Part shown: positions 1-13,386 of the stretch, one piece after another | Layout of the letters: the number at the start of each line of letters is the position of its first letter | How positions within the stretch are numbered: position 1 is the stretch's first letter | NCBI GenBank assembly: GCA_030390025.1 | Contig: CM059432.1 | Location: 42,348,001 to 42,412,000, forward strand | Direction of reading: 5' to 3' | Length of the DNA stretch: 64,000 nucleotides | Origin: Squalus acanthias | Taxonomy: Eukaryota | The notes under the pieces: generated by a model | Told to the model about the DNA's origin: nothing | The model's database searches: none | Seen by the model: the letters and a program-made list of their open reading frames with translations, nothing else | Position numbers and translations under genes: made by a program

Positions 1-50
1 CTTACGCCATTATTGTGCTGGTATTGCGCAATAGAAGATCAAGGAAACTT

Positions 51-2011
51 GGGGGTCAAATTTGATTAAGGCCCAAAAACGGGCACAGGCACCGTGATGC
101 GAGATATGCCTGCACCCGTTCAGAAAGTGCAGGCAGCACGTCAACTTGGTGCTGCCTGCTATTTTACATGATAGGAGTGCACAGCCTAGTGACTATCGCG
201 CTGTTGACAGGCTGTGCGCTCAGCAGGCGGCCCAAGTTAATGTCGCTGGAGGGAGGCTGCCTTTCCTTAAAGCTAACCTATTCCTTGACAAGGCAATCTC
301 TAGTCCTTAAAGCTGAATTACATTCTGAAAACAAAATTTAATATCATTCAGAACTAGGCAGTCTGCAGCTCGAGTGGTCAAGGTCAAGGTCAGTGAATGT
401 ATCTTCCAAAGCCGTCTCCTACCAACTGCACCACTAGCCTCACACACTGCTCAATGCACGACCACCCCGCTGCCCCATCATTCACCTACCAACAATCTCT
501 ACCAAACACGAGGCACACCTCACATTCTTAGCTTCGCCTCACCCCCTTGGAGGAGACAGTGCTGGCCATTCTTGGCAGGGGCATGGCTGAGCCCTTGGCC
601 AGCCATGTGGCTGAAAGAATACAAGTTCCTGGTATCCTCATACACTATCCTCTTTCTCACATCCCACTTCCCCCTCATCCCACAATCTCTTCTGATTTAC
701 AAGGTGCGCATGGTGTAAGCATGCACCTCTTGCTTTCCTGCCCTCCCCTCGCCACACCCCTACCCTTGTGCCTTCCTCATTTCAAACATCCAAGAAATCC
801 AACCTGTCCAGCCAGTGGTTCACCAAGAAGAGGGAGAGGAGAGTGAAGAAGAAAAAGAAACATTGACACTCGATTTCACACTCCCAGCACCAGCTCCTCG
901 AGGTCGTCCTGGAAGGCCATCTGCAGTGTCCCCCACTGAAAGGCAGCAACCTTCCACCAGCCATGCTGCAGCCACTGGGGTAGCACTGCATAACATCACT
1001 AGGATAGGCAAAGGCAGACGCAAGACATTCACTAAGGGAATGCGCAAGGGTGATTAGTTGATTTTTTGATGTAATATTGGATGCATATATGGATAAAGTT
1101 AGGTTGGAAAGTTTGCTTTGTGGTGGCTTTTATTTCAGCATCGTGGCCAAGAGGACGCTGTGATGGTCAGTAACAGAGGGAAGGTAAGATGTGGGACAAT
1201 TTTGAAAGGGGAATTGGGGTTGTATTCACTGGTACCGCAGGCGGATGATTCCATCCCGGATATCCCGGCCAGAAAGGGCTGTCTGGGTTGCATCCTTCCT
1301 TCTGCTTTTTGCTCTTCTGCTTCTTCCTCTTTCCTCTGCGAGCAGCTTGTCCCCTTTGCTGCCTTTGCTCCATCTCCATGTCATGTTGCAGCCCAAGGGG
1401 GACTGCAACTAGAGCCCCCAGGACTGGGAGCAAGTAGTCTTCTCAGAGGCCTTTTTTTAATATCCAAAGCCTTACAAGCTTGCAGTAGCACTCCTTGCAC
1501 ATTTTAACAACTTTTAAATGTATTGTACCAAGCCACTACTCCAATAAAATGTAAAAAAAAAGTCCAAAAGTCAAAATCTAAACTTACCTGAGAGATGTGT
1601 GAGTCTCTTTAAGAAGTGCTGGCAGCATCAATGTCGTACTGCTGCACGCACGTTCTTCTGCGCATGGTTAGTAGAGGGTGGTATCCAGAGCGGCGACACC
1701 CAAAATCACAGTCGTGCGTCAATTCAGGCATTTTTTTTTATTATTCATTCATGGGATGTGGACATCGCTGGCAAGGCCAGCATTTATTGCCCATCCCTAG
1801 TTGCCCTTGAGAAGGCATTGCATGCCAATTGATGTCACGATCAGCAGAATTTACATGTGGGCGGCGAGCGCAGGCAACGGCAGCGCTAACGACCTCCCCA
1901 AAATGGCGGCCGCTGCGTTCTGCACCAGAAGGGGGCGGAAGCGAGGTGGCCGCCATTTCTTCAGCAAAACCGGCCTTGACGGCCGGTGCTAGACCTCCGA
2001 ATTTCACAGCC
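51..2011. mobile_element. Internally deleted, degenerate PIF/Harbinger element
   Basis: The + strand has Myb-gene remnants: RVVK|gtcagt donor at ~380-395, an exon-2-like piece at ~545-630, and the C-terminus RGRPGRPSAVS..QQPSTSHAAATG..GKGRRKTFTKGMRKGD* ending at 1057. On the - strand, transposase N- and C-termini (..IRDGIIRLRYQ*, stop at 1226) are fused with no catalytic core. The ends GGGGGTCAAATTT / AATTTCACAGCC are weak TIRs with a possible CTT/TTG TSD. Confidence 0.75.
1731..1815 (-). mobile_element. Short 3' fragment of a poly(A)-tailed non-LTR retrotransposon inserted in the Harbinger element
   Basis: Poly(T) followed by ATTCATTCATGGGATGTGG..GCCCATCCCTAGTTGCCCTTGAGAAGG, nearly identical to 44221-44302. 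AGGCATT on both sides is a likely TSD. Confidence 0.75.
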
Positions 2012-2538
2012 CTTGTGTTTAGGGCATTTTGCCACTTATGCGGAGCTAATGTACTAGATGCAAGTTTTCTCGATCTTGTTGGCAACTTTGACGATCTCCT
2101 CGCTCAAGCCCCTTGGGGCTCAATTGGATAGGAGCGCCACTCACCTGGTGGTGCTGTGCCTGGAATTTCCTGCTTTTACGCCACTACTGCACTCTGGGAA
2201 AGTTAGACCCATGTAAAGCAAGCACAGCTGCTCCCCAGTCACTGATTCAGGGGAAAGTGAGGAGTCAGAGAGCTTTGAAGATTTGCCAAACTTTACATGC
2301 TGATTTCTGGCTTTACAAACACTTTTTCAACCCTTTTTTCACAGTTTTGGCCACTTGCAGCCCCCCCCCCCCCCCCTGCCCCCTAACAGTGCTACACTCT
2401 CACCCCACCCCTACATTTTTCAATCCCCCCACTCCCATTAACCCCCACATACTCAAAACGACTTTGGAGAAGGTATGGCCTTCCCCACGAGCCTACATCT
2501 CTATTTCATACTTATAGAGGTGGAGGAACAGCCTGTGT

Positions 2539-2964
2539 GTGGAGGCAAAGAGAATAAGACAGCATGGCAAAAGATACCAGCCTACCAGGTACTGCTCTCC
2601 ACAGGTGCTTCGAGGACCTCTTGAAGAGCTCCGTGTTCACATGATGCGATTTTCCAAGGTTGTCATTGCAGATCAGTGCGCTCTTCTTCGCGAAGAGCTT
2701 CATCCTCGCAGCACTGCCAGAACAGCTCCATATGTACGTCCCTTCGAAACCGACCATTGCCCTGAATTCTTTTGGCACCGGATCCTTTCAAGGTGCCTAC
2801 TGGGTGCAACATCACCCAGGAGTCTGTCCCTCCTATCTTCCACTTCTTCCAGGAGAGCTTGCAGATTTTCCTGTAAAAAAAAATGCCAACCCTTTGGCGA
2901 GATGCTGCCCCATTATGGTGTTCTGTGGGCACAGCTGGCCTGTGACTGCTCATGTTTCTGCTGA
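2539..2964 (+). pseudogene. Degenerate Harbinger transposase N-terminal fragment
   Basis: RFSKVVIADQCALLREEL and TIALNSFGTGSFQ lie in different frames and match RFSKEVVTELCHLLQPDL and TVALNFYATGSFQ of the 35242 transposase. Confidence 0.65.
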
Positions 2965-3469
2965 GTGGCACTTCAGATGAGGGTGGGATATGCCGAGTGG
3001 ATAAAATGCAAAGGGATCAAAAGGAAAGAATCTCTGTAGGCTCCCCTTGCTATCCCCAAGTGTCCCAATGAGGACTAAATCTTTGCAGAGGCGGCACCAC
3101 ATCTGCAAGTTTCCTGTAGCATAAGCTACTCGCTGCACTTTTAGAATGCAATTATATCAGAACTTAAACCACCTCAAATGTAAATTAACTTACCTTGCAT
3201 GCAACTCTCTTTGCTGGTGAACGGTGTAACTTCTCAGCACAACAATGGGCCACAGTCAAACTAATATAAGTCAAATTAGAAACCTTTCCACACAGTGATG
3301 AGCTAAGATTGGTAAAATGACCTTCCTGTCTGTATCTATCTTTTGTTCCTGTGTTCTCCTTCTCACCATTGTCTTTTTTATCCTCCTACACAATTCTATT
3401 TATCTCAAAATTAAATTAACTTTGAGCCTGAAATTGCTAGGCACAGAGAGCGCAGAAAATTGGGATTGC

Positions 3470-3622
3470 GAAAGGCAGCACCTCTGACAGTGCAGCGGTC
3501 CCTCAGTACTACACTGAAGTGTCAGCCTGGATTATGTGCTGAAGTGTCTGGAATGGGGCTTGAACCCTTGACTTTCTGAATCAAAGGTGAGAGTGCTAAT
3601 ACTCTGCCAAGGCTGACACCTA
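3470..3622 (-). mobile_element. tRNA-headed Deu-domain-type SINE, 5' part
   Basis: The reverse complement matches the heads of the SINEs at 52858 and 61683 (GGCTGACACTTCAGTG..GTACTGAGGGA..CTGCACTGTCAGAGGTGC). Confidence 0.65.
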
Positions 3623-5029
3623 TGGAATTTCAATCCCACACCATAAGGTTCAGAAAACTGCTGGAATAGTTTTCAAGTGAAAAAATGCAACTTAGAAAAT
3701 ATAGGAAGACTCTACGTACCAGTCTTACTAAAAACTTGATTATCATCTTTGTATTCAATACCCACAAAGCTGAAAAACAGTGGTCCTATTGTAAAAGTGT
3801 GATAACAGGATTTGTCACTCTAATCTCAATCCAATCTCAGTAACCATTACAAAAGTGAAAAGAAAGTTTACTAATTGACAATGAGAATGAAATTCAGCTG
3901 CTTTTAAAATCTCTCTGGATGAAAGCCTATTAACTTCATCTGTCTAAGCTTCTATTCAACCCTGCTATAGCAATGTGTCAGCGATAACAATTGCACAACC
4001 AGGGACTGTGTAGTATGTATGCTGTAATGAATCTCCCTGCATAATGTTCTCAAGGAACAGCACTGGGCAGATTATAGGATGTGTGAGTCTAATGTTCTGG
4101 GACCAGATTTTGTGAAATGATGAAATCAGATTCTTCTTTTCTTCAATATTAATTCTTAATTGAAAAGTATTCCCTCAGTTCTTTGACCTTAGTGCTGGAT
4201 GCAATTTTGTTACCTGTTATAGTGCATCAACAAAGGAAATGCTGTCATCTGAGAGCAGTGCCAAATTAGTTGTTTTGTCATCTGGGTGGTAATATTGTGA
4301 ACAGAGGCAAGTTTTTCATTAGTATCACAGATAATAGCAAAGGTTTTTGATATAAAAGATAAGGAACAAAGGTGGCACCAACATGTATTTATCTCATTTA
4401 TCTCATTGTTGTTTGTGGGACCTTGCTGTGCGTAAATTTGCTGCCACGTTCCCCACCATTACAAAAATGAATACACTTCAAAAGTACTTCATTGGCTGTG
4501 AAGCACTTGTTGAGATGAAGAGCAGTAGCTGTCAGGACCAGCTGTTAAGGCAGCAGTGAGGAACTCCTGCAATAGAAGAAGCTGGAGATCCTTAAGTAAA
4601 GATTTCTGAAGGAAGGAAACATTTCTAAAGTGTTTTTTTTCTCTTTTGCATTCTGCCTACAGACACCTGCACTTGCCCTCTGACTGCTTCTCAGAAAGTC
4701 AGAGTTCTGGCAGATTTTCAGACTCCAGCAACCACCACTGCGCCTCCGTCCCTCCCCCCGCCTCTCATCCAACATCTGGGGTACTCAGGATAAGGTTGCC
4801 AACTCTGGTTGGATGTATTCCTGGAGGTTTGATCATGTGACAGCTGACCACATGATGTCTGATCATGTGACATCAGTAGCTGTTATGGCATTTACCTTAT
4901 AAAAGTTAGGTCCCTGTAGTTGAGTATCTTTGCTCGTGGTTTTGGACCAGCAGCTGCTGTGCGAGAAGTTCCGAGCACTGCTCCCACTCACCACGTTGCT
5001 GCTGCTGCTGGTTCTGGCTGGGACCCACG

Positions 5030-5312
5030 CCCACCCCATTCCCCAGTTTCCTCTCTCCTTTTGAGTGCCCACCCCCGATCCCCATTCTCCAGTTTCCATC
5101 TCTCCACCGAGCCCCCATCCCCGATCCCCATTCCCCAGTCTCCCTATCTCTCTCGGCAACCATTCCCCAGTCTCTCTCTCTCCAAGCTCCCATCCATGAC
5201 CCCCATTCCTCAATTCCCTCTCGCCCCGAGCCCCATCCCCCAACCTTCATTCTCCAGTCTCCCTCTCTCCCCCAAACCCCCATCCCCGACCCCCATTCTC
5301 TAATATCCCTCT
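5030..5312. repeat. Pyrimidine-rich degenerate tandem/low-complexity tract
   Basis: Repeated CCCCATTCCCCAGT(C/T)TC / CCCCCATCCCCGA units. Confidence 0.7.
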
Positions 5313-5324
5313 CAAACAATGCCT

Positions 5325-5730
5325 AGATAAGGAAAATAGGAACAGTAGGCCATTCAGCACCTTTAGCCAGTTCCACCTTTCAATTAGATCATGGCTGATC
5401 TATCACTCAACTCCATTTACCCCTCTTTGCTCTATATCCCTTGGTACCCTTACCTAACAAAACGCGATTGATCTCAGTCATGAAAGTTTCAATTGACCCA
5501 GCCTTTTGGGAGAGAGAGTCCCAGATTTCCATTATCCTTTGTGTGAAAAAGTGCTTCCTGATTTCACTCCTAAATGGCCTAGCTCTAAGATTATGCTCCC
5601 TTGTTCTGGATTCCCCCACCAGAAGAAATAGTTTTTCTCTATCTACCCTATCAAAAGCCTATATCATTTTAAACACCTCAATTGGATCATTCCTCAACTT
5701 TCTAAACTTAAAAGAGAATACAACCTAAGT
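5325..5730 (-). mobile_element. CR1-type LINE 3' end fragment
   Basis: ESRTREHNLRARPFRSEIRKHFFTQRIMEIWDSL is the typical CR1 ORF2 C-terminus, followed by a 3' UTR homologous to other CR1 copies in the window. Confidence 0.85.
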
Positions 5731-6811
5731 TGTCCTTGTAATTTAACCGTTTACAATCAAAACAAAATGGACCTGTAGCTCTATGGGATGTTCTCCTGGT
5801 CTCCTCCATAAACTTTGTCAGGAAACTGGTGGAACCCACAGAGAGATGGTGCTTTTAGCCATTTACACTATTTTGCTCAAAGTTCCATCTGTCTCCTTCT
5901 GAAGTTACAATGGGAATGTGGGAAAACTCTTGCAGAATTTCAGGGGCAATGTTTCCTTCAACACAGCTGGAATTTCTAAGTCTAGCACCACAGCAATTAT
6001 ATTTATTTCTGTTTAGTTTGATCTCCTTGATAATCTCTATATGTACATTACCAAAAATAATATATAAGCAAAATGCTCGGAGTAGATTGCAATTGCCTCA
6101 TTATTGCAATTATTATTTCAAAAACAAACCAAAAGCACGAAATTAAAAGGACATCACATTTATGACTATAGAAGAAATTTAATGGAATGATACACATTTT
6201 TGCATACTTTGCATACATAAGCTTCAAATGTTAAGTTTTAAAATAGAGTGTCACACAAAAGGGACTAGTTTATATTACAGCATTGCCACTACTCCATATA
6301 TTCTACCTGGAATAAAATCATTTAGCTACCAGAATCCAGTATTCCAATCTTCAGGTAAAACATTTTTAAGAGGAAATGGCCATTATCCTCAAACCAGGCT
6401 TTTGCATGGATCAACCCCACCTATTTTCTTTCGCTCTAAGGGGGCAGAATTGTTCTGGTTGTGTAGGAACATGTAGATGCGTTCAAAAAGAATGCATAGC
6501 AACCAGAACAATTTCCCCTCATAGCCCTGAATCCTCACTCTCTTCAGAAATTAATTCAATTGTCTTTTGAACCCAATTATATTATTTGCTTCAACAGCTT
6601 TCTCTAGGTACTTACTCCAGAACTCCTTTTGGTGATATCCTTCTGACTCCTATGCTCCTAATTTTTAATTTGTGTCCTCTGATATTTGAACCCTTTACAT
6701 GGTTGATCATTTTTGTGGATCAATTATGTCAATTCGCTTCCTGAACTTGAAAACTTCAAATAGGGTACCTCAAAGTCTTTTTTTTCAAAGAAAGCATGTC
6801 TAACTTCCTTA

Positions 6812-7433
6812 GGGGTAGAAATTCGGTTACGCCGCCATTTAGGCAGCCAGTTAGCGCCCGGAGCGAGAGTACCGCCCCAGCGGCTAAATTAGGCTTACTG
6901 CCTCGGCAAGGAAGCAGAGCGCTATCTCAGGCGCTCCACCTCCTCTCGGGACGGTGTCTGGGGCGCAAAGCGCGGTAGCGCCGGAGCACTACATAGCTGC
7001 TCCACGTAGCGCTGACGCGTTTCATCGCCCCTCCCCTTCCGTTAAAGAGGGGGGACGCTGCGCACTCTGCAGGCCGTTTGACGGCCTCCATTAGCCCACC
7101 AGGGCGGCGTGGTGCCGTGGCTGCAGCCCGGCACTGAGACGCGGTGCCGGGCTGAGCGATGGCGGCCATGGCCCACGGCAAGGGCCACCAGGAGGGACCC
7201 CCAAAACAATGAAATGGCGGTGCGGGGCACAGCAGGCTTCCCCTTTAATTACCGCCTCGCGAGCGGAGGTCGGCCCGGTTCGCGACCCACGAGGCTGTCG
7301 CTGACATCACCCGTGGTAGCTTCGCAGGGCGCAGCTGAATTTCAGCTGTGGGGCGGTAAGGGGTTGTGTCGCTCGGCGATGACGTCCCCTAGGGGTGCTA
7401 ATGAGAGGCGCAAGCCAACCCAATTTTTCCCCC
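6812..7433. mobile_element. Non-autonomous Harbinger (MITE), 622 bp
   Basis: TIRs GGGGTAGAAATTCGGTT / AACCCAATTTTTCCCCC, with a TTA TSD at 6809-6811 and 7434-7436. GC-rich with TAGCGC motifs. It sits within a decayed CR1-like fragment. Confidence 0.9.
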
Positions 7434-7787
7434 TTAATCTTTCTTAAAGTTAAATTCTGTTAACTGAAATCATCTTTGTTGCTCACTTCTGTACCCTTTC
7501 AATGACAAAAGTATTTTTCCAATGAGCATGTAACAAGAACTGCACACACTACTCCAGATTTGGTCTGACATACATCATATATAGTAACAACAGAATCCTT
7601 TTAGATTTGTACTCCATTCCATCTACAAATGCAACTCAGCGCCATATTTGGCTGTTTTGTTGTAGTTAAGCAATGTTCTAACAATTTTATAGGCTTATCC
7701 ACAATAATCTTTAGATCTCCTTCATAATTAACATGCTGTAACATTTGATAAATACCTGTCTTTTGGTTCCTTGCTCACATTCTAAAA

Positions 7788-7868
7788 TAAAAATCGGAAG
7801 AGATGTAAATCAGGCTGCTGATTCGCTGTCATCCGTTTTACACTATCGCACAAAGTCAAAATTACCCC
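7788..7868. mobile_element. Half copy of the palindromic MITE at 10409
   Basis: Matches the right arm of 10409-10592 and ends CAAAGTCAAAATTACCCC. Confidence 0.6.
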
Positions 7869-10408
7869 TGATGTGTGTGAAATTATATGTGCAAAAACTA
7901 TAATCCACCAGTCCATGGCAAAGCATGTTGTAATGGCAGTGTGCTGTCCCTCGAGGCCATCCTAATACAAGGATTATTTAAATAAACTAATGAAGTGAAA
8001 TGGCTTTTCGGCAGTCCTAACCAAGATTTTAATAGGTATGGACCCACAGCATAAAGCTGGCCATAAAGCATAAATGTCAGACATAAAATTAACAGACTCA
8101 ATCAGAGAAACAATAATGCTGGAGTAAAAGAACATTCGCACTGGTAAAGCAGGGCGTGCTCTTCTGAGGTTGGGGTTAAAGCATATTGTTAAGAAAGAAT
8201 AGCAGGAGCATTACTCTACATCTGACCCTGCTGTATCTGATCTGGGAAATGTTTGACGCTGGATGGAGAAGGTATTGATGAGCAAAAATAAATTCACCGA
8301 GAAATATATTTAAAAAAAATTCTAGAGGAAGGTCAGTACTCAAAATGAACACTATCTTTTGTTGTAATGTTTTTGCATTATAATTTGCTACGATACCCTA
8401 ACATTTAAGGCTATGAAACCACAAGTATGTGAGCTCCAAGCATAAAGCAAGATTAGCACTAAGAGTTAATTACCAATAAAAATGCAGATAACAAAAGTGA
8501 AACTTTTCCACACAGAATCCTTCGACACTTTATGGTGAAGATTAACATAATTGCCTCTAGGCACCAAAGAGGGAAAGAGGAGTTTATAAGGAACACTGTG
8601 CTTTCAACGGCAAACGTCAATCTTCTTCTGTGAAAAGACTATAGGGAAGTATTCTGAAGTTATGGCTTGTAGCAGATGTAGTGGGTGTTGAATATTCATC
8701 ACTGAATGAAAAATTGAAAAGGAATCAAATTTATTAAGAATTAAACTGCTCTGCAGTCCTCTGACAGATTCACGAGGTGGCCTGTGACAAAAACTAATGG
8801 CAGATGTTTCAGTACCGGCACCTAGAGCTTGAGTAATAGAAAAGAAAAGAAATTGCTTTGAACTTCAACTGAGCTTTAAATGCCTCAAATCAATAGGGTC
8901 ACAGGACTCTTTAATAGTATGATGAGGTCTTGCCCTAGCAGATACTCATAGTGGCATGTTGATGGGCTTCCAAAGAGTAGGTCATAAAAATTCAGGCTTC
9001 TCCCTGAAAGAGTGCTTTGTGCTGGAGAGGTCCATTTAGAGTGACTCCTTAGTGCAGCCAGTCTCAAAAGATGGACCGTGATAGTCTTTTAGTCTCTAGC
9101 CAACTGAATGGGAATGTGACCCCAGAAAGTTGTGAATTACTTCTGGAAACTTAATCTACAAACTGGCCTCTTCATATGCAGACCGCTGAATTCATGTTTA
9201 CTCCTAAATGGCTGTCACAAAACCTATTCATCAAAATCAAAAGGGAAGGCTTTCACATAAGGCTGCATCAAGTACGGCACCATTAAATAATCATTAGACA
9301 TCATTGCAAGTCTTGAGACCACTTAAAAATCCACAAAGCTGGCTTTTACCATTCATCAGAATTGCATTTAGATGGGATTTTGTTGTGATAAAAGAGTGTG
9401 TTGTGTGTCCATCTTTATCAATTTCACAGCTTCATTCTTTCCATGTGAGAGGAGTTATTTTTTTTAAACTCCAATGAAAGGAGAGAAAGGCAGATGGCAG
9501 AATCCTTTAATATCTGTTTTCTTTATTTGCACAGCCTAATGTGGTAAAGCAGATCAGAATGAAACCACTCGATTAGGTGACGCAGGAACATTAAACAGGG
9601 CTTGGAGGTAGAAGAATGGTACAAAGGGCTCGGATGATTTATGAAACCTTTGTTTAATGCTAATGATCGCTTTATGAACAAAGACACACAGAACAGACTA
9701 CGCTGTTAAGAATGAAACATATGGAATGTTATCGTGTCTTGACCATGACAGTGAACGTACTAAGAGTAAAACATACACAGTACTGATGTATAACCATTGT
9801 AAATATTTGGGGAGAGCTGCTATGCTGCTTTAATGGGAAAGGCAGAGTGTATTGCAGAAGATCATGCATTTTTAAAATCTCTTTAAAACACACAATCCTG
9901 CTAGTTTTAATTTTAACGTTAACCAAAAACTCACAATAACAAGTAAGGGTATATTTTCAACTTTATTTCCCATCACTAGTTAGATAGTATAATCTGATTT
10001 TGATTTTTTTAAGCTCTATGGTATTTTACGTCTATTTGGTTGTTTTGATTTTGCTGTGCATGTATTTGACAATAAAAGTGTGTAATTGTTTTTGGACCAC
10101 AAATGTTCTAATAAAATATATATAAATTCCATAAGGAGAGGATTTTAAAATAATATATATGTAAACAAAAGTTGATGGCATTTTGTAAACTATAGTGGTA
10201 CTGATTCCGAGTTACAGAAATATAGTCAATGGCTTTTTTGCACATTCAAGGTCACTCTTGGAATCCAAGAATCAATGGTTAATCTTCTTCCCTGAAAACT
10301 GCAACCAGTCTTTGTTTTACTTTATCACACCCTAGGTTTTCAACTTATTTAAATGGTATGTCAATTGCTTGGCAAATCCTTTTTGGTTTGGTGAGGGATC
10401 AGAACTGT

Positions 10409-10592
10409 GGAGTCATTTTGCCTTTGGGTGCTAGAGTAACATGGATGGTATCGATTCAGCTGCCCGATATGCATCCCTCCCTATTTTCATTTTCATTGAC
10501 TTTAATAGAAATAAAAATTGTGAGAGATGTATATCGGGCGGCTGAATCGATAGCGCCCATTTTACATTATCGCCCAAAGTCAAAATTACATT
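10409..10592. mobile_element. ~180-bp fully palindromic (hairpin) MITE
   Basis: The left arm ..TATCGATTCAGCTGCCCGATATGCATC.. is the reverse complement of the right arm ..GATGTATATCGGGCGGCTGAATCGATA... Ends are GGAGTCATTTTGCCTTTGGG / CCCAAAGTCAAAATTAC. Confidence 0.75.
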
Positions 10593-11356
10593 GTGTGTGT
10601 CAGTTTTATGATGTCACATGCAAATGGTGCATTTCAACCTGATTTATGTGATGTTCTCCTGTGTTTGTGAACAAAGAATATAGGTTAACTAAATATTTTT
10701 TTCACAAAAGTGGTCTCCTTTTAGGAAAAGAACTAACTTTTGCAGTCATTTTGCACAGGCGATAGACTATGCTCTGTGGCTTCAGTGGTCATTTGCTTCT
10801 GTTCTATTGTCTGGTCATGTCACTGACTGAAGCAGTATTGCTATTTTTTCCACAAGTGACTTCAAAGTCACATTTTGGTCTGATTTCCATTGTGGGGCAT
10901 TTGTCAACATTGGTACTGATATGCTGTGTGTTACAGAGAGCCTCCGGGCATTGCGCTGAGTATTCTGTTTGGTGACAGAAATCAAATAAATATTAATTAG
11001 GGCTTCTATATGTATTTCTGGAGTGCTTTGACATGCTGGAATTCTATTTGTGCATCAGAGGTTAACAAAAGAGACCTGCTGCAGTGCAACACAGGCTGGG
11101 GGCGATATTGGCCAACCCCCAAAAACGGGTATGGGTACACGATTAACTTGTGCCCGTTCATTGCGTTGTGGGCAGCATGTTAAATGCGCTACCTGCGCTG
11201 TTCATTGACTGCATGGATCACCGGGGGGGGCCAATATCACGAGTGGCTAGTGCTACTTAAAGGCACCCTGCGCCGTTTAAAGGGGAGGTGCATTGTGGCT
11301 GCAAAAAGTGGTGGGAGTCATTTGAAAACTCAACTTGTGCTCTGATACTTTGAGCA

Positions 11357-13214
11357 ATGGCTGAACATGCGAGGGAGCGTGCACCAAGGCTTTCAGACAC
11401 TGCACTGGAGCTCTTGGTGGAAGAGGTGGAAAGGAGAGACGTCCTGTATCTGCAGGGGGACCGGAGGCCCTCCAGACAGATGCTCAGGAGGCAGTGGGAA
11501 GAAGCAGCGGCGGAGGTCAATGCCAGGAGTATTGCTCCAAGAACATGGATGGAGTGAGTGTAGGAAGAAGTTTAACGATCTGACACGAGTTGCCAAGGTC
11601 AGTGAGTTCATCTTCAAATGGCACATCCTACTAACTGCACCACTAGCCTCATCCATTGCTCAATTCACTACACCCCCCATCATCCATCTACCAACAATCT
11701 CTATCAATCAGTACACAACCCTAAAATTCATATGCTTTACCTGATCCTCACACACTTAGTACTGTTGCAAGCCTCACATCCACAACTCACAGCTTGCACA
11801 TTTTGGCAGCGATTCAACCATGACAGCCATATCACCCAAACATATTTCAGAACATTCACTGACATACTTCCCTCTTTCTTGCAGGAGAAGGTGGCGCATA
11901 ACAGCAGGCAGCAGCAAAGAACTTGAGAGGACAAGCGCGCCTGCATGTTTTAACCCCCATGGAGGAGGCAGTGGGAAGGGGCATTACTGAGTCCGTGGCC
12001 ACTGGCAGTGCTGATGCAATCACTGATGACGGTATCTGCATACCTAATCCTCCTTCTCTCATCCACTTCTCCCTCATCCCTCAATCTCTTCTGACTTAGA
12101 AGCTGCAGATCGTATAAGCACGCACTTCTTACTTTCTCCTCTCTCGTCACCACAACCTATCCCTTGTCCCTTTTTCATTTCAGATATCCAAGATCTGGAG
12201 CCTTCCCAGTCAGTGAAGGAGGAGGAAGAAGACAGTGAAGATGAAGAGACACCGTCTCTCGATCTTACAGTCACAGCCACCAGCTCAGGTACTGACACTT
12301 GACGTATTTTAGAGGCTAGGATAGAGGAGGGATCTGCATGTGATAAGACACCAGGCACAAGTGCACAGGAGCCAGGGCAAGGCGAGGGGCCAGCTCGCCG
12401 GAGGGCACGGTCACTCACTTTGTTCTGCTGCAGAGGACTCCGATGAGGACATCGACGGGCTAGGCTACAGAAGAAGGCCGATGGTTGTGCATAACCAAAT
12501 GCTTGGTGCACTGGAAAGCCTGCCAGAAAGCTTCTGCTTAATGTCAAGGAGCATGGAGGAGTCCTGCACCAACTTGGCACAGGGCTTTGCGCAGACCTTG
12601 GAGCCCATCCTTTCCGACATGGAACGGGTGGTCACCTCCATCAACACACCTGTGGAACCCACCATGATGCAACATCTGATGGCCAATGTCACAGCTTCCA
12701 TTGCAGCACAAACAACTTCTGCAATTGAAGGTCAGACTGCTGCCTTGCAAGCTCAGACTGCTGCCATTATGGCTCTGGATACCACTGTCAAAGGGGCTTG
12801 CAGGGTGTCATAGCAGTCCATCAATCCTTTCTCCAATAGATCAGTCGGATTGTTGAAGCACCGTTCCAGGAGAGTGGCAGTGGCTCCATGGAGCACGAAC
12901 CTGCTTTCCTCTCTCAGGATGTCAGCATTCCTACTCCCATCCCTGCCACTCTGCCAGTGTCCTTGCTGTTGCCTGTCAGCCAGCCAGCCCAGATTGCTGC
13001 AGCCCAGGCTGAAATAGTGCAGTCTGAAGCTGAGCCTTCTAGGCCCAGAGCTGCTCGAGGTTGCCCTCCTAGGCCATCTGCAGTCTCCTCAATTGGAGGT
13101 CAGCAGCCTCCCACCACCCATGCTGCAGCCACTGGGGAAGCACCTCATAGGAGCACTAGCATAGGCAAAGGCACACGCAAGAAAGGCACCAAGGGACTGC
13201 ACAAGGGTGATTAG
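11357..13214 (+). pseudogene. Harbinger Myb/SANT-like DNA-binding protein gene, 3 exons, disrupted
   Basis: Exon 1 11357-11597 (RERAPRLSDTALELLVEEV..W..CRKKFNDLTRVAK|gtcagt, frameshift at ~11555). Exon 2 11885-12031 (ttgcag|EKVAHN..). Exon 3 12184-13214 with stops/frameshifts, ending GKGTRKKGTKGLHKGD*. Confidence 0.85.
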
Positions 13215-13386
13215 TTTAATTTTACATGCATTATATCATGATTGAATTTATAAATTGGGATTGGAATGTGCATTTTTCTGGTGGTTTTTATTCCTGTGTT
13301 GTCGGAAAGAGAACGATGTGATGGTCAGTGATAGAGTAAACGTAAGGAGCGTGGGACTGTTGGTGAATGGGGAGGTGTGGTTGAGG

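Noticed and set aside
4863..5319. G/W/E-rich and P/S-rich ORFs
   Set aside because: They are translations of a low-complexity tract.
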